Part shown: positions 39,144 to 52,806 of the stretch, piece after piece
Layout of the letters: each line of letters opens with the position of its first letter
Numbering within the stretch: the first letter of the stretch is position 1
Assembly (NCBI GenBank): GCA_036630325.1
Contig: CP142734.1
Location: 310,001 to 374,000, forward strand
From: Vairimorpha necatrix
Lineage: Eukaryota
Direction of reading: 5' to 3'
DNA length: 64,000 nucleotides
Translations under genes and position numbers: made by a program
Notes under the pieces: generated by a model
Databases searched by the model: none
Told to the model about the DNA's origin: nothing
What the model saw: the letters and a program-made list of their open reading frames with translations, nothing else

Positions 39144-40607
39144 TTGTTTATAAAATTATTTGTTATAAATAATTTTCATAAAAAGAAGGGTACGCGGCAA
39201 AAGAAGAAGATAAGAAACAGATGTAAAAGGAGGTAGAGAACCAAACAACAATAACAAAAGATTTATTGAGTTAATTTATCATTAGTCTTAAATAATTATA
39301 ACACTGCTTTCCTCGGTATCTCTCATAGGATTTTGCTCTTCGCAGAATTTGGTTTGAGTTGATTTATTTATACTTTCGAACTTCACTTTTTCAGCTTTAT
39401 TCCCCTTTGCCGACACCACTTCTTTAACAGACGCCATATTCGCTAGTGCGCTTACAGCTCTAGCCACTTCTTCTCCTGCATCCTCCTGATCGTATCCTCG
39501 TCGTCGTTCCAAATATATAAACTCTAGAGTCTTCTTCATCACAATAGACTGGATATACGCTATAAGGTAGGGCAGGATTTCTAGCTCCCTGATGTACTTT
39601 CTGTGATATTTGGTCACTATTACATCCCCCATGTTATTACATAAGGAACTATTCTTGTATGGGATTTTTGTAGTAGTCCCAGTTCATTTGCAAGAAGGTC
39701 ATATTTCCTTGTTTTTCAATCTCGACTATAGTAAGTCGATTCTGTTAGTTATACCAACTTCAACTAAATTTTTTTTCTTCTTGTCAAACACAAGATAATC
39801 AGGCTTATCATGGGTCACCTTTATATTAGTGGAGATTCTCGTACCTACTCTTATTTCCGCACAATCATTTTCCATGATCTCTTGTATAGAGTTTCCACGT
39901 ATTTTCTTTGTCTTCTTAAACCCATATTACATACATAGTAAGAGATGTATGCATCTAACTTCCTCGTTGGGCCTTTTCATATAATTGAACTCAACATTTG
40001 ATAACATTATTAGCTAATGATCCACAATCTTCCCATGAGATCTACAATGAAGACATTGTCCCACTCTATTGTCTACAGAAAATATTTCTATCCTGTAGGA
40101 AGGAGTGAATTGTTTGGGTCTAGCCTGATGGTTTCCTTACAACATCCAGGTAGAAGAATCCTTGATGAAAACTAAATCTACCCCCTTAGCTTTAAACAAT
40201 TTTCCATGGTTTGTCCTTATTTTAATTTTGCTGTAAAGCGCTTCTTTCTAGGATTCTATTAGCATCTTCCGTGGATCTCTCCTACAAAGCTATACCAGAT
40301 CCTTAGATACTCGTTAATTGTAGAAAAGTGGGATTTGCACTCCGCTTCTTTTATAGAATCGCTGCCCGTCTCAGAAAACTACTTCGTAGACTATATACTG
40401 TTTTATAAATATTCAGAAGCCTATTTTCGCTTCTATCTTCGATACTTATCAGCCTCTTCCCATTTTGGATATAGTTAGGTATTGTCTTTCCCTCAGTCTG
40501 GCCGTAGATGGAGCTGGTACTTGATAAGTACCTGTCGGATATCAAAAATGAGACTTTGAAATGTATTAGTATAATTTTAGAAGTCCTACATGATAGCTTT
40601 TTACTTA

Positions 40608-43600
40608 TGTAGGGAGTGCTAGAGTGTCAAATACATCATGTCGCTGTTTTGATATATTTGACACTGTGTTTCTTAAATATTTTCTAATAAATAAACTCAT
40701 CTTTCCAATCCAACAATTTGGCGACAACGCCAGGAACTTTCTCATTTCTAGAAATGAAAAAAAGATGATCTACAGCAGTTCTTGTGGGACTTTCTAGATG
40801 TAAGGAGGCTGATGGGTACAATAAAGATGAACTTGTACTTCTGTTCAGAGTGTCTTTGAAAGAAGAGACAAGGGATTTGCCCGAAACAGGTGGCAAGTCA
40901 TTGTATCTTAAATAATACTCTATGAGTGAAGTTGGAATATGTTTAGATGGTAACATGTTTATTTAGATATTTTTTCTTTGTATAGTTTTAAAGGAGTTTC
41001 CTGTTTTAATACATTCTATTGGTAGAAACAGATTGATTCTGTTTCAGATTAAATCAATTATAAAAGGAAACAAAATCATGTCATGTTATGTTTACATAAC
41101 AGGATTGGATTATCGCCCAGCCAATTGGCCTATCACTTGAAAGACTGACATTTTATTTCAAGAAAGGTTTGTTGGAGACATGGCTACGAAAGTGACTATA
41201 AATAATCTTTGCTCCTACAATATCATGTTGGATCTCTCGTCAACTATCTAGATAAGATGGCAGGATTGGTGCGCTGTAGGAATGTTCTAATGGCATATTG
41301 ATTGCCTTTGTGCTGAAAGGAATTCCAAATCATCTACAAACATGGTTTAAATACATAATAAGGACTCATTATTTCGGGAATATATATGCAAAGCCCTAAG
41401 TAATGTTAGCGCTTGGGAAGATAAATGTTATACATAATTTCGCAGGGAGGTTATTGGAATGTAAATTCGATTAGCTGCAAGGAATACCATAAAAGAGGCG
41501 GTTTCCTTTGAGTAACGGCATTAGGAGGTGATTTTATTGTGGAAAGAAAGGTCATATAATGTCAGGGTGTAAATATAATGGTTTCCGTAGTATATATGAT
41601 AATTCAAGAAGAAGAAATAGATGAAAATAAGAAATTAGATTTGAAGGAATTTATATAGAACTACTCTGTTGCAAAGTTCGAGGATATTAGGACTACGCTT
41701 AAGAAAGCGCCATTAAACAATTCATTAGCTAATTTTAAAGCGCTCATCGATACTGGAGCTGATATAAATCTAATTAGACCAGAGCTTTTGCCATTGAAAA
41801 TCGTTGTTAATCGTTCGAAACAACAGCTTAGGGCAGCAAATGGAACGAAAAAAGATCATTTTAGAAACAGTAAACATTTTATAAATTGAGGGTTTGATTT
41901 TCGAAGATAAATTCAATATTACTAGGGATATCACAATTCCGTGCAGAAAAGAGAACAAGGGATATTTGATAAGTACAAGATAAATGTAAAATTTGGAAAC
42001 AACAAAATGAAAATTGAATCTGGACAGTTGTCAACTGGGAAAGCTATAGGGTATCATTGAATTATTACAAAGGATGATGGTCTAATTTTTTCTTAGTTAT
42101 GCAAGTTGGGCGGAGCCAAATAGTAAAAGAGTAGCTAAAATGTGGAATCATTAGACCAAGTGTAAGCGCATGGAAAAGTCCGAAATTATAGTCCTAAAAT
42201 AGAATGAAGATCATAGTTTATGCGTTGTTTAAAAAGATTAAATGATGCGACTGTCAGAGACGCGTATACAATGCATAATAGAAGAGTTCATCAATTCTTT
42301 AGAGGGAAAACTTACTTCCATAATTAGATTCCGAATCTGGCTATCACCGAATAGACATGGCGCCTTGTGATATTGACAAGACAGCCTTTGCCTGTAGAGA
42401 AAACTTATTTGAATTTACAAAACTGGAATTTGGACTTGTTATGGTCCAGATACAATTTGGGACGGTGAATAATATATTGAGAGAATTTTTGTTTAAGTTT
42501 GTGGTAATATGTATGAATGATATACTAATATATAGTAAAACTAGAAAAGATCATGTAAAAGATGTATAGAGGGTTTTAGAAAAACTTTTAAAAGTAGGAT
42601 TAAAACTATTAAGAGGAAATGTGAATTCAATTAGACACATTTAAAAATCTTAGGCCATGTAATATCAAAGGAAGGAATAAGTGTAGACGAAGAAAGAGTA
42701 AGGAGTATTCAACAGCTACTTATTCCTAACATTAAGAAAAAACTACAATCATTGTTGGGATTGTATAATTACTGTACAAAATTTATAAAAAACAGTCACG
42801 GGGTGGTTAGCCCGCTATTTGATATAATCAGGCCTAAAGATAAGGAAGCGGATAACTTTTGGGAAAATGAAGAGAATGATAAAAAATACATCAAGTCAAT
42901 CGAAGAGGTAAAATAGGCCATGAAGAGAACGGCCTTATGACTATCCCAAATTTAAAGGATAAGTTCATTTAGAATACAGATGCATCAAAAGAGGGATGTG
43001 GTGCCACATTGGCACAAATAATTGAAGGAAAAGAAAAGATTATTTCTTATTACAGCTTCTTGCACTCGAAGACAGAAAAGAATTACTTCGCGATTGAACA
43101 AGAACTATTGGCGGTTGTAAAATCCATCCTACATTTCAGAGAGTATGTATTGTCACGAGCCCAGCTAGTTACCCGAGCCGGACTGGTTACCAAAAAAAAA
43201 GAATTTTTTTTAAAAGAAACCCCCAAAAGGTATTTAAAATGCTCTGGGGAGTTGTTTGACAGGTTTAGCATAAAACCTATTTCAATAACAATCAATATTT
43301 TAATTTAATTATAAAAAATATTCGAAAAAAAATAAAGACATTTTTCTTAAGAATTATCACTACTTTTATTATCTTATTTATATAAAAATTTATCTTCTAT
43401 TTAGTATTTTGAAATTTAAAAAACTTACAAAATTTCAATTAATATTTTTATCAGTATAATTTTTATTATAATACGCATTTTAAAATTATACAAATATTTT
43501 CAATTATAAAATTTTTTGTTTTAAATTTAAATACTAATATTTTACTAACAAAACTATATTTTAATTAATTAATTAAAACGGGTTACACATCGAATTATAT

Positions 43601-46600
43601 TCTCAATTTTATTTTAGAATAGTTTGTAATTGTGGAAAAGTCAAAAATATCATTTACAAGATGAGTTAGTGAATATCAATGATTGGTCTTGAGCATCGTA
43701 AACAAAGATTATAAATCTAGATTTCTGTAATTAAATTAATTGTACAATGAAAATATGACAATCTATTAATATTATCAGTTGTTTAAATATAATTCGATAT
43801 ACTAATGACACATATATTTTTTATGATGAATTATATTAACGCTGGAATAGAAATATGATAAGTATTAAAAAAAATATAGTTAAAATTTAAAAGTAAATTA
43901 TAAAGAATAATAGCTCAATTTAATAAAGCTTAACTATTTTTTTAATTTTTTTTACCAAATTCATGGACAAAATTTCTCCAGAATCTTCTAACTTAGCCTT
44001 TAACCTTTTATTAGACAAAATTTCTACTACTTCTCCAGGTTCAGAATAAAACGAGCTTAATTTAAACTTTTTCTTTTGGAATTAGCATCAAAATCTTTTT
44101 TTAATATTACTTTATCTCCTATAACAAAATTATTGATAGAACGATGAACGCATTTTTTGTCCATTCTTAAGAGATAATTTCCGTCTACCATAGATCTATT
44201 TTCTCGCCCAAGGTCAAAATCCAAGTCTTCATTTTTGATTTCCTCATCGTTAATACTGCTTTTACAAGTATTGTACCCCTTCCTTCCATAAAATAATTCA
44301 AATGGAGATTTTTTTTGTTGCAGAATGTACTGCGATGTTTTTTTTTATAAACAACTGTGTCAATGAATAAGACCAAGTTTTTATTATTTGGACCAAATTC
44401 GGCGTGAAGGTGTTTTTGTAAGTATCGAGTAATTGTTTGATTTAATCTCTGAACTTGTTTGACTCTGAGGATGCCTGTGTCTGCCATTAACTAGTAAAAT
44501 TTTATTCTGATCGCAGAATTCAGATAAAAGTGAATTTTTAAATTCTTTACCATTATCACACTGAAGTTCACTAGTAAGCCCGTACCGATTAAAATAAATT
44601 TGAAATGTAATAAAACTTCCGAGGCAGTTTTAGTTTTCATCACAGAAGTAAATGCATACTTAGAATACACATCTATAGCTGTTAGTAACCAACTATTTCC
44701 TTCGTTTTGGTCGGCATAACCTCTCATGTCTACCAGGTCGATAATAATCCTTTCAAAGGGCCTTTTAGCTAATATATGCTTGTAGGTTTCCTTTGTTTTT
44801 AGAGGTTGTGCCCGAACATAAAATTGCACTCTTTGCAAACCTCACGCACAAGACTTCTTGGGATAGTGTAAAATTCCTGACACAACTCATATAAACGATT
44901 GTGTCCATAATGATACTTACTATTTAGAGTTTGTACTTCCAATTTTATTGACTGTACCTTACTCTCTACAACTACCCTTTTATGTAAGCCAGAAATATCT
45001 CCTAGAAAGAGAATATCATCTGCAAGAAGGAACTTTTCGGCTCTTTTCATCAGCTTATACCTTGCTTGTTTGTCGATGATTGTGGTCAAATCATCTCCTT
45101 GGAGGATTTTTACCAGAAGATCATACTCTTCTTGTTTTAATTCCTTTCATTAATGGGATAAAAAAAATATATTCCAAAAAAGTTAAAATTTGTTTGAATA
45201 TACTAATTTTTAAGCTATTTGGCTCAGTGGTTACTATTGCGTCTTTGACTTCGGTATATTTGGTTTGAGTCTCATATGGGTAAAAATTTTAGTAGAAAAA
45301 TTATAAATATTTTACGTGATAAAACTAACGGAAACTTGGAATACATTATGAAAATATAGATCATAAATAAAAATAAAAAAATACAAGAAAATAATTTGGT
45401 AACCAGTCCGGCTCGGGTAACCAGTTGGGCTCGCGACATTTATTATTGGGCAAGTTCACATTATAAACTGATCATCAAGCTCTATAATATTTGTTTAAGC
45501 CTAGAAATTTTAAAGCTGGGCTGGCTAGATGGTCATTGATTTTACAAGAATATGACTTTGATATTGAATATATATAACAGGGCCGTCAAACCATACAGAT
45601 CACCTGAGCAGAGAATTTAAAAAGGAAGGAGAGAATGTTTTGGAAATAAATTTAGTACAAAAGAAAGTTATAAAAAAGAGAGAACATTGGTCTACTGAGG
45701 TTTTATCATGATTTTTAGGTCACGGATCAAAACAGAACATGAAGTATAATATCGGACAAAAATACAGATGGAAGCATATGAATAAAGACATAGAAGACTA
45801 TATTGACAATTGTGAAGTTTGTCAAAAAAAAAACCACAAAGAAACTTTAAGGATTTTGTACCAGTGAGCTAATAAATCAGGGGAGGTCTGAGAATTGGAC
45901 ATGATGGGACCCTGTAAGAGAGTGATCAAGGATATAAGTATTTATTAACAATGGCTGACCATTTCTCAAAAATTGTATGGTTTGCCGGGTTATACAAAGG
46001 ATATGAATATGGTTATTCATTTTATTGATAAACATATAGGTAGGAAACATGGTGTTCCAAAGGCCATTATAACTGATTATGGTAAAGAGTTCAAAAAAAA
46101 AATTTGTGATGAATATGCAAAGGTTTAGAATTTTATCTGGAAAATGGTTCCTTCTACAAATCTTCGACCACGGGGCTTGTGGGGCGATTTAATGGAAAAT
46201 TAGGTTCAAAGTTAATGAAAATTACGGAATTTATGGAATTCGATTTGGCAAGATGCGTTTCTTAAGTTGATCAAGACCTATATGCACGTTTACCATAGGG
46301 CTATAGGCTGCGCTCCAGTAGAACTTATAACGAGGATGTCGCTTGATAATATGGACTTACAGGAAGGGATTAGACAATAAAAGATAAGAAAGAGTATCAG
46401 GAACAGGCTATTAGAATTTGAAGTTTACAGGCTCATATAATACGAGTGATAAGAAAAATGAGAATAGTAAAGAAAAAAAAAGTAGGAGATGAGTCTGGTA
46501 TTATTTAATTCTCCCGATAAGAGGATAACTCGAACCTAAATTGGAAAAAAAGGGAGTAATTCTAAAACAAAAATTTCATTCGTTAAGTGTTTTAATTAGA

Positions 46601-46765
46601 TAGTAAGAAAACTTTTACGGCGAGTCGAAACCATGATAGGCTTTAAAGAAGGGGCAGTGTATAAAGTGCTACCCCTGTCAAATGTGTCGTGTCATTGTTT
46701 TAATATATTTGACATGTTGTTTCTTTGAATATTTTATAATAAAAAACGATACTTTTATTCAAACA
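40608..46765 (+). mobile_element. Degenerate Ty3/Gypsy LTR retrotransposon with 108-bp LTRs
   Basis: LTRs at 40608-40715 and 46658-46765. PBS tggcgac, PPT aaagaaggggcag, TSD ACTTA/ACTGA. Remnants ALIDTGAD, LDSESGYHRI, TDAS and ITDYGKEF. Confidence 0.9.
43151..45438 (-). mobile_element. Ginger2/TDD-like DNA transposon (retroviral-type integrase) inserted in Gypsy RNase H
   Basis: 44-bp TIRs (TGT..ACA, 3 mismatches) and TSD-like TGTAT/TTTAT. Frameshifted integrase: RPFERIIIDLVDM..WLLTAIDVYSKY, CDNGKEFKN and RHPQSQ. Confidence 0.85.
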
Positions 46766-47321
46766 ACTGATATACATGCCAATAAAAGAGCAAATCATAT
46801 TCTTAGCATTTTTTGAGGTTGCACGGGGGTTCAATTCTTCGTAGGATCTCATTTCTTACTTTTTTAAAAGTCTCTCTTCTGACAGAACTAGACATCCTCT
46901 GTTATTCCAAGTTATTTGTATCCTTGATGCCCTTCTAGTACTGCTGCATCTTCACTACAATCACTACAGTTAGTTGCAGACTTACTTTTGTTCATTTCTA
47001 AACCTACGGCCAGAAAACTTTTTAGTTTCACCATTCATCAATTTCAGAACGACATCGTTCTCTGCGAGGAGCGTAAGATCATCAATAAAAAGAAGATGGT
47101 AACTACATGAGCAATAAATTAATTTAAATTAGAAGCATTATAGAGTTGCTAATACTCACTGTAAAGAAAACTCGATGGACCACGATTTTTTACTTTTTGT
47201 ATATTTTTTTAAGGGGGGGGGGGTGATTGTCCAAGCTATGGTCCTCTTCCCCTTTTCTTTCCCATTTTTTACACTTCATGATAGCAACAATTTGGAAAAG
47301 GTGTGAGAACATTATCCTTGG

Positions 47322-48540
47322 GGCGCTACTTCATTTTCTTGCCCCCCCCCTAAAAAAAACATCAATAAAAAGATACAAAATCGTGTTATTTTTAAAATCT
47401 AAACATTTTTTTTTGAGGGGGGCAAGAAAATGAAGTTAAGGTATTTTTTGTCGATTTGAGAATTTTTAAATGCCTCCTTCAGATTCCTTATTAAGGGGTT
47501 AAAAAATTTTAATTTTTTAATCCTGAATAAAAAATTTAAAGGAAGCTATTCGGGAGCTAAATTTCTTCGAAGATGCGTGCTTTAGGCACAATAAAGCAGC
47601 AATTGATTTTTTTTAGATAATGGTCTTCTAAAAAAATCGATTGCTTGCAGACATTGTTCGACATCAGAACGAACTGTTCTTATAAACATTAGTGGGTGTT
47701 CCGGCTAAATTGACGGTAAAGCTTATCGTTGATTAATAAAAAGTGAAGTTCGAAGAGCTCACTTAAAAATGGTACGATGTTTAAAGGGATAAACGTTCAA
47801 TTTCACAAAATTCTTAGAGTATTCTATTGCTGGGTATTAAATTATACTACTTACAAAGCAATAGATCTTTGCAAAATATGCGAAAATTCATATATTAAAA
47901 TCAAGGATACAGTGATGGAAGTCATTGCTTCTAAAAGCGATGATAGCCACCAAATATGAGGAACTTCTGTTTGTGTACAATTTATTGAAAAAGCCATATG
48001 CAACGGGGTAATTGTATCCAATCCTTCTTCAACTTTGGATTCCATGCCTGGAATTCAATGGATTATAGGCGGCATAGTAGTAGGTAACTGTAGATAATTT
48101 GTTCTTGAATTGCTACAAACCGACAATCTGGTACTATTGAAGAGTTTTTTAGACACAGAGTAAAACGTGGCTCTATTATAATTACTGATGGATACCCCTC
48201 ATGTCCTTCAGCCTCTAGAAATTTTGGGAGTGAACATTACAAAGTAAATCATGCGCTTGGGTTTATAAATGCAGAAGGAGACCACACAAATAATATAGAA
48301 AATTTGTGGTCCCATTTGAAGAATGAATATAGATCGAGAATGGGGCTTAAAAGTCATAGGATAAATTTATTTCTAAAAGAATTCGCTTGGAAAAAAAATA
48401 TCAATAATTTCAATAATGATGATCATAGGTGTGCTTATATAAAAATTTTAGAACTTTGTATGTTGGAATAAATAAAATTTCTTCTAAATAATTTTTTTTT
48501 TAGGGGGGGGGGGGGGGGGGCAAGAAAATTAAGTAGCGCC
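47322..48540 (+). mobile_element. Merlin transposon, degenerate transposase
   Basis: TIRs ggcgctactt(c/a)attttcttgcccc and perfect 8-bp TSD ATCCTTGG. Remnants IITDGYPS and HTNNIENLWSHLK. Empty site in copy A at ~5162. Confidence 0.92.
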
Positions 48541-48812
48541 ATCCTTGGAATTCTGTATTATAGGAAATAATCTCCAAGAACACCTTTTGTAGAATTAGGT
48601 GCAATAAACCCCCCATTCTTGTGATTCAATGTTTTTCTACGAAACATGTACATTACTAAAGCTTCTTCGTATATTGATAGAAGAGTATAGATGTAACGTA
48701 AAAAAAAGACATAAGAAATTGTTGTTAAAAAAACTCGAAATTTTTAAGGATCATCGAATTTAACTTGATTTCGATGTGTTTATATTTTTTTTTTCTTTTC
48801 TTACTCGAACTA

Positions 48813-49650
48813 GGAGGTGGGGTACTTTAGACCCCCCCCCTTTGAAGCGCTTCAATTTTTTTTTCGAACCCCAAAATTGAAGTGCAAAAAAAAAGAGGAG
48901 CAAGAAAGGGACAAAAATTTCTTATCACTTTAAACATTAAAAATACAAAATAAATATATATTTATGTACACAATTATATTTTAATACAAGTTTTTACAAT
49001 AATATAAACCAATAAGCTAATTTTGCCCTTCTGATTTTTTAGAATTGGGGACAAAAACGCTCCCCTCTGAGAGTGTTCACTTTATAATTTTGAACCCCAA
49101 AAACGAAGTGCAAAATAAAGGAGAAGCAATCATTAGTACTCAAATTACTTGCATCTTCAAACAGTAAAAATACCAAATAAATATATATTTGTATACGAAA
49201 TTTAATTTAAAAAAAGATTATAACCATAAAACTATATAAGTCTTTATAACTTAACATATTTAAATTAAATTTTTTGATTTAACAATATGTGTAGATCGTT
49301 GAACATTTATTTAAATTTTCTTTTATAAATAATATTTATAATTTTAATTGTTGGTTTATTATTAAAGTAGATTTTTGAAGAAAATCTACTTTAATAATAA
49401 ACCAACAATTAAAAAAAATTGAAAAAATAAGAAGGGCGAAAAAAGACACAATACTTCAAATGATTATTATAACTAAATCTAAAATTAATTTTTGTATAAA
49501 AGCATATATTTATTTGTTATTTTTAATGTCATAAGTGATAAGAAATTTTTGTCCCTTTCTTGCTCCTCTTTTTTTTTGCACTTCAATTTTGGGGTTCGAA
49601 AAAAAAATTGAAGCGCTTCAAAGGGGGGGGTCTAAAGTATCCTTCACCCC
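48813..49650. mobile_element. Merlin-derived MITE (related to 21741-23006)
   Basis: Long near-perfect TIRs and perfect TSD TCGAACTA. Shares asymmetric termini and the subterminal motif cgaaccccaaaa..gaagtgcaaaa with 21741-23006. Empty site in copy A at ~5425. Confidence 0.92.
49342..49414. repeat. Perfect 34-bp inverted repeat with 5-nt loop
   Basis: ttttaattgttggtttattattaaagtagatttt-TGAAG-aaaatctactttaataataaaccaacaattaaaa. Confidence 0.95.
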
Positions 49651-52600
49651 TCGAACTATAAAGTTATTAATTTTTGCAAAATAGGCGAATCAACATTCAT
49701 TTTAAAAAAAAATATATTATTAATTTAAACCGAGAATTCCTCAAGAAAAAAAATAAGGAAAAAATATAAGATTTCAAATCAATAAAACACCATTATTTAA
49801 TGTCCTAGTGATTGATATTCCGTACTTTTACACGACATTCCCCTATTATATAATGGATACTTAAAGTAGTTCTATAAGGTGTTGGGACAAGGTTTTTTGT
49901 TTCTTTAACTCCTAACAGAAAACGTAAAACTATAACAGAAGAGTTTTAAAAAAAAACTTTGCTCCCGGAACTATTTTTGTTACTGATGAATATCCATCAT
50001 ACTTCAAAGCCGTGGCAAATTTTGGTTCTGAGCATGAAATAGAAAGTCAAAGCAAAGGATTTGTGAACAGCGAGGGTGACATAAAATTAGTTTGAAAATT
50101 TCTGGTTCACTTTAAACACGATTATAGAAAAAGAAGTGGATTAAATCAATGTCAAATCGTAATAGATTTAAAAAAAATTCGTAAGAGACATTGTCAATAA
50201 TTTAGAAAAAAAATATTACATTCCTCATGCCTTTGTTTTATTTTTTACAAAAATGTTCGGTTATTTAGTAAATTTTTTTGTAGGGAGCCGATTTTTCTAC
50301 TAGAGCCACTTTCGTAAGAATGATTTAACAAATACTATACCAAAGTTCTTTATTTTACTACATATAAAATGACAATCAAACCTTTAATCTCATCATAAAA
50401 ATATGTAACTTGGATTGACTTTGGTATAATGGAACACTATTGCACATTTTTTTCTACTCATAATAATACTACTACTTTCATAATGAAATAACTTTAAAAA
50501 GCTTAATTCTTAAATCATAAATGGGCTTGTTACTGTTCAGGAAGAGGTATTCGAGTGTCCGATAATTTGATTTCAGAAAGAAACGTTAGAAGAAATTGTG
50601 AGTGTATCTTGTAAAAAGTAATTAGTAAGTTTGATATTATACCAAAAAAAATAAAATTACATACATAAATCGCTTTAGTTACGGATCATAGAAAAAAAAA
50701 ATTACTCAAAAATTTTTTTTTAAATGTTTTATGCAAATTGTAAAGCAGTTAAAACATGAGGAATTTCTCTGTTGCTTTACTTTTAAGTACAAAAGCAAAT
50801 TCATTAAAAGAAACACTAAAAGTTAAAATTTAATAAAATGATTAAAACGGTCCTAAACAATTCAGAAAAGAATAAAAGATATTGTTTCTGTTGGCGTGAT
50901 ATACTTATTATTTTATCTTGAATTAAAGCATATAAAAAATAAACATACACTTTAATATTTTCTAAGGATAAGAGTTGACTTATAACAATACAAGAAAAAT
51001 TCGATACCATGGCCCATCCAACGGTTAAGTAAAATATCAACATCATAACAATGTAAATGTAAATCACCACAAAAAAGAGTAGTCATGTTCATTAAGCAAT
51101 AGCTTAACAAAAAATGATTTTTAAATATCTCTATCGCCTTAGTCTGTTCCAAGTGATATTATATTCGCATTTACTATCTAGAATTAGAGAAGACGATATA
51201 TTACAAACAGCAAATTCTATAGCATGATAATACCTCACACATGTCTCTAAACAATGGCACATCACTAATAAGGCATTTATGCATTACATTAGCATTTGTA
51301 ATAAGCGAGTATAGGCAAGCGTGATACTAAATATTTTAGCATAAATACTCGGTTTTAGGCTCTTTTAGTTTACTCGCCAAAGCTGGATTGTAATTTTTAC
51401 TCATACATACAAATATAAATTATAACATAATATATTATGCATACATATAAGTAGTAAGTAATATATTGAAATCTTTAGAGGGATTTTACATAGGTTACAA
51501 ATCTGCATATGATTGAAAACTACACAAGTTCATAACTATACCAAACAATTGACGCTTACAATTATTTTTTTTTTAAACAAATGGCGCATATCGGAATAAA
51601 GTTTGACATTTCATTATTGCAGCAAACGCTTACTAATATGTTATAAGACCTAATGCTGTGCATCGTTTGTTATGTATATAACTTTCAAATGATTTGTGTT
51701 GAATCGAGACATTAAAGATTTATATTACAACTTTAATTTTCTATACACGCATGAATTTGCAATTGCCCAAAGTTTATATTTATGACGATTAAATATAATT
51801 CTAGTTATATAACTTCCAATGTTATAAAATTTATAATACTTTGTTGAAAATTTATGATAGCTTAATAAAAATTTTTGCAAAATTGAGGCAATTAAAATTT
51901 GATTTTGTGGATTGAGTTAAATTGTGTTTTTGAGGCGTTTTTTATATAACATTTTCTGCGAGAGAACACATGTTTGTCTTGTCCATATATTTATTATGTC
52001 TTATGTCTGATAAAATTTACGGCAGATATAATATTTTCAATTTTCGACCTACAATCATGTGTTATTATCAGGACATTGCTAAAAAAATTCAAAGTTTTTG
52101 AAATCATATTTTATCTATTAAATGTTTAGATTAGTTAAAGAAAAATTATAGATTTTATACGTTGATATAATTAATTTGGAATATATTTTTTCCTGACTCC
52201 AAATGAACACAATGATACCTTAAATCTACATTGTATCTTTCATCAGCATTTTTGTACTTTAGTTTTTATTAAAATTCGTTTGGTAAATTTTAGGAAATAT
52301 TTTGTATATGATTTTTTTTATAGTGTCCTTTCTCATTTATATGATGTATCGTATTTTAAATTATTTTATTAAAAAAAGACGTCTAGTTTGTTTTTTGGTC
52401 TATAATTATTACAATGCAAAACTTAATGATCTTTTTTTTAATACAATAGTTTTAAAAAGCAAAATTTAGATGATTTATAACATTTAATTTGCTTTTTCGA
52501 ATTAAATTTTATTTGTGTCGATTAAAATATTTTTCAAGCCAACACAATACTGTTACAATGTAATATTTATGCTATATTTAAATATTCAATAGCTTTAAAT

Positions 52601-52806
52601 TATTATTCTAGAATATTTTACCATCAGTTCTAATAATAACAGCATAATATACGACGTATAAAAATGTTTGTTTTTTTAAAAAAATTGTGTAAGAAACGGT
52701 ATTTTTTTGATTTAAAGCCTTAAATTCCATCTAAGCATGGCGTATTCATATATTTTATTTTGGTAAATTTTTTAATTTAAATTAAAAAAAATAAGAAACC
52801 CCATAA

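Larger units (their letters stand above)
39255..47110 (-). mobile_element. 5'-truncated R4/Dong-like non-LTR retrotransposon split by a Gypsy insertion
   Basis: RT motif HLLFIDDL and GYK*LGI at 46770-47110. Zn knuckle and REL remnants at 39290-40560, homologous to 7430-8246. Confidence 0.82.
37447..50307 (+). mobile_element. Old Merlin element expanded to ~12.9 kb by nested insertions
   Basis: Segments 37447-37510, 47180-47321, 48541-48812 and 49651-50307 align in order with 4987-6088. Confidence 0.7.

Noticed and set aside
46817-46845. tRNA-like T-loop (GGTTCAATTC)
   Set aside because: There is no cloverleaf, and it is the antisense of the non-LTR RT frame (ILRRIE..).
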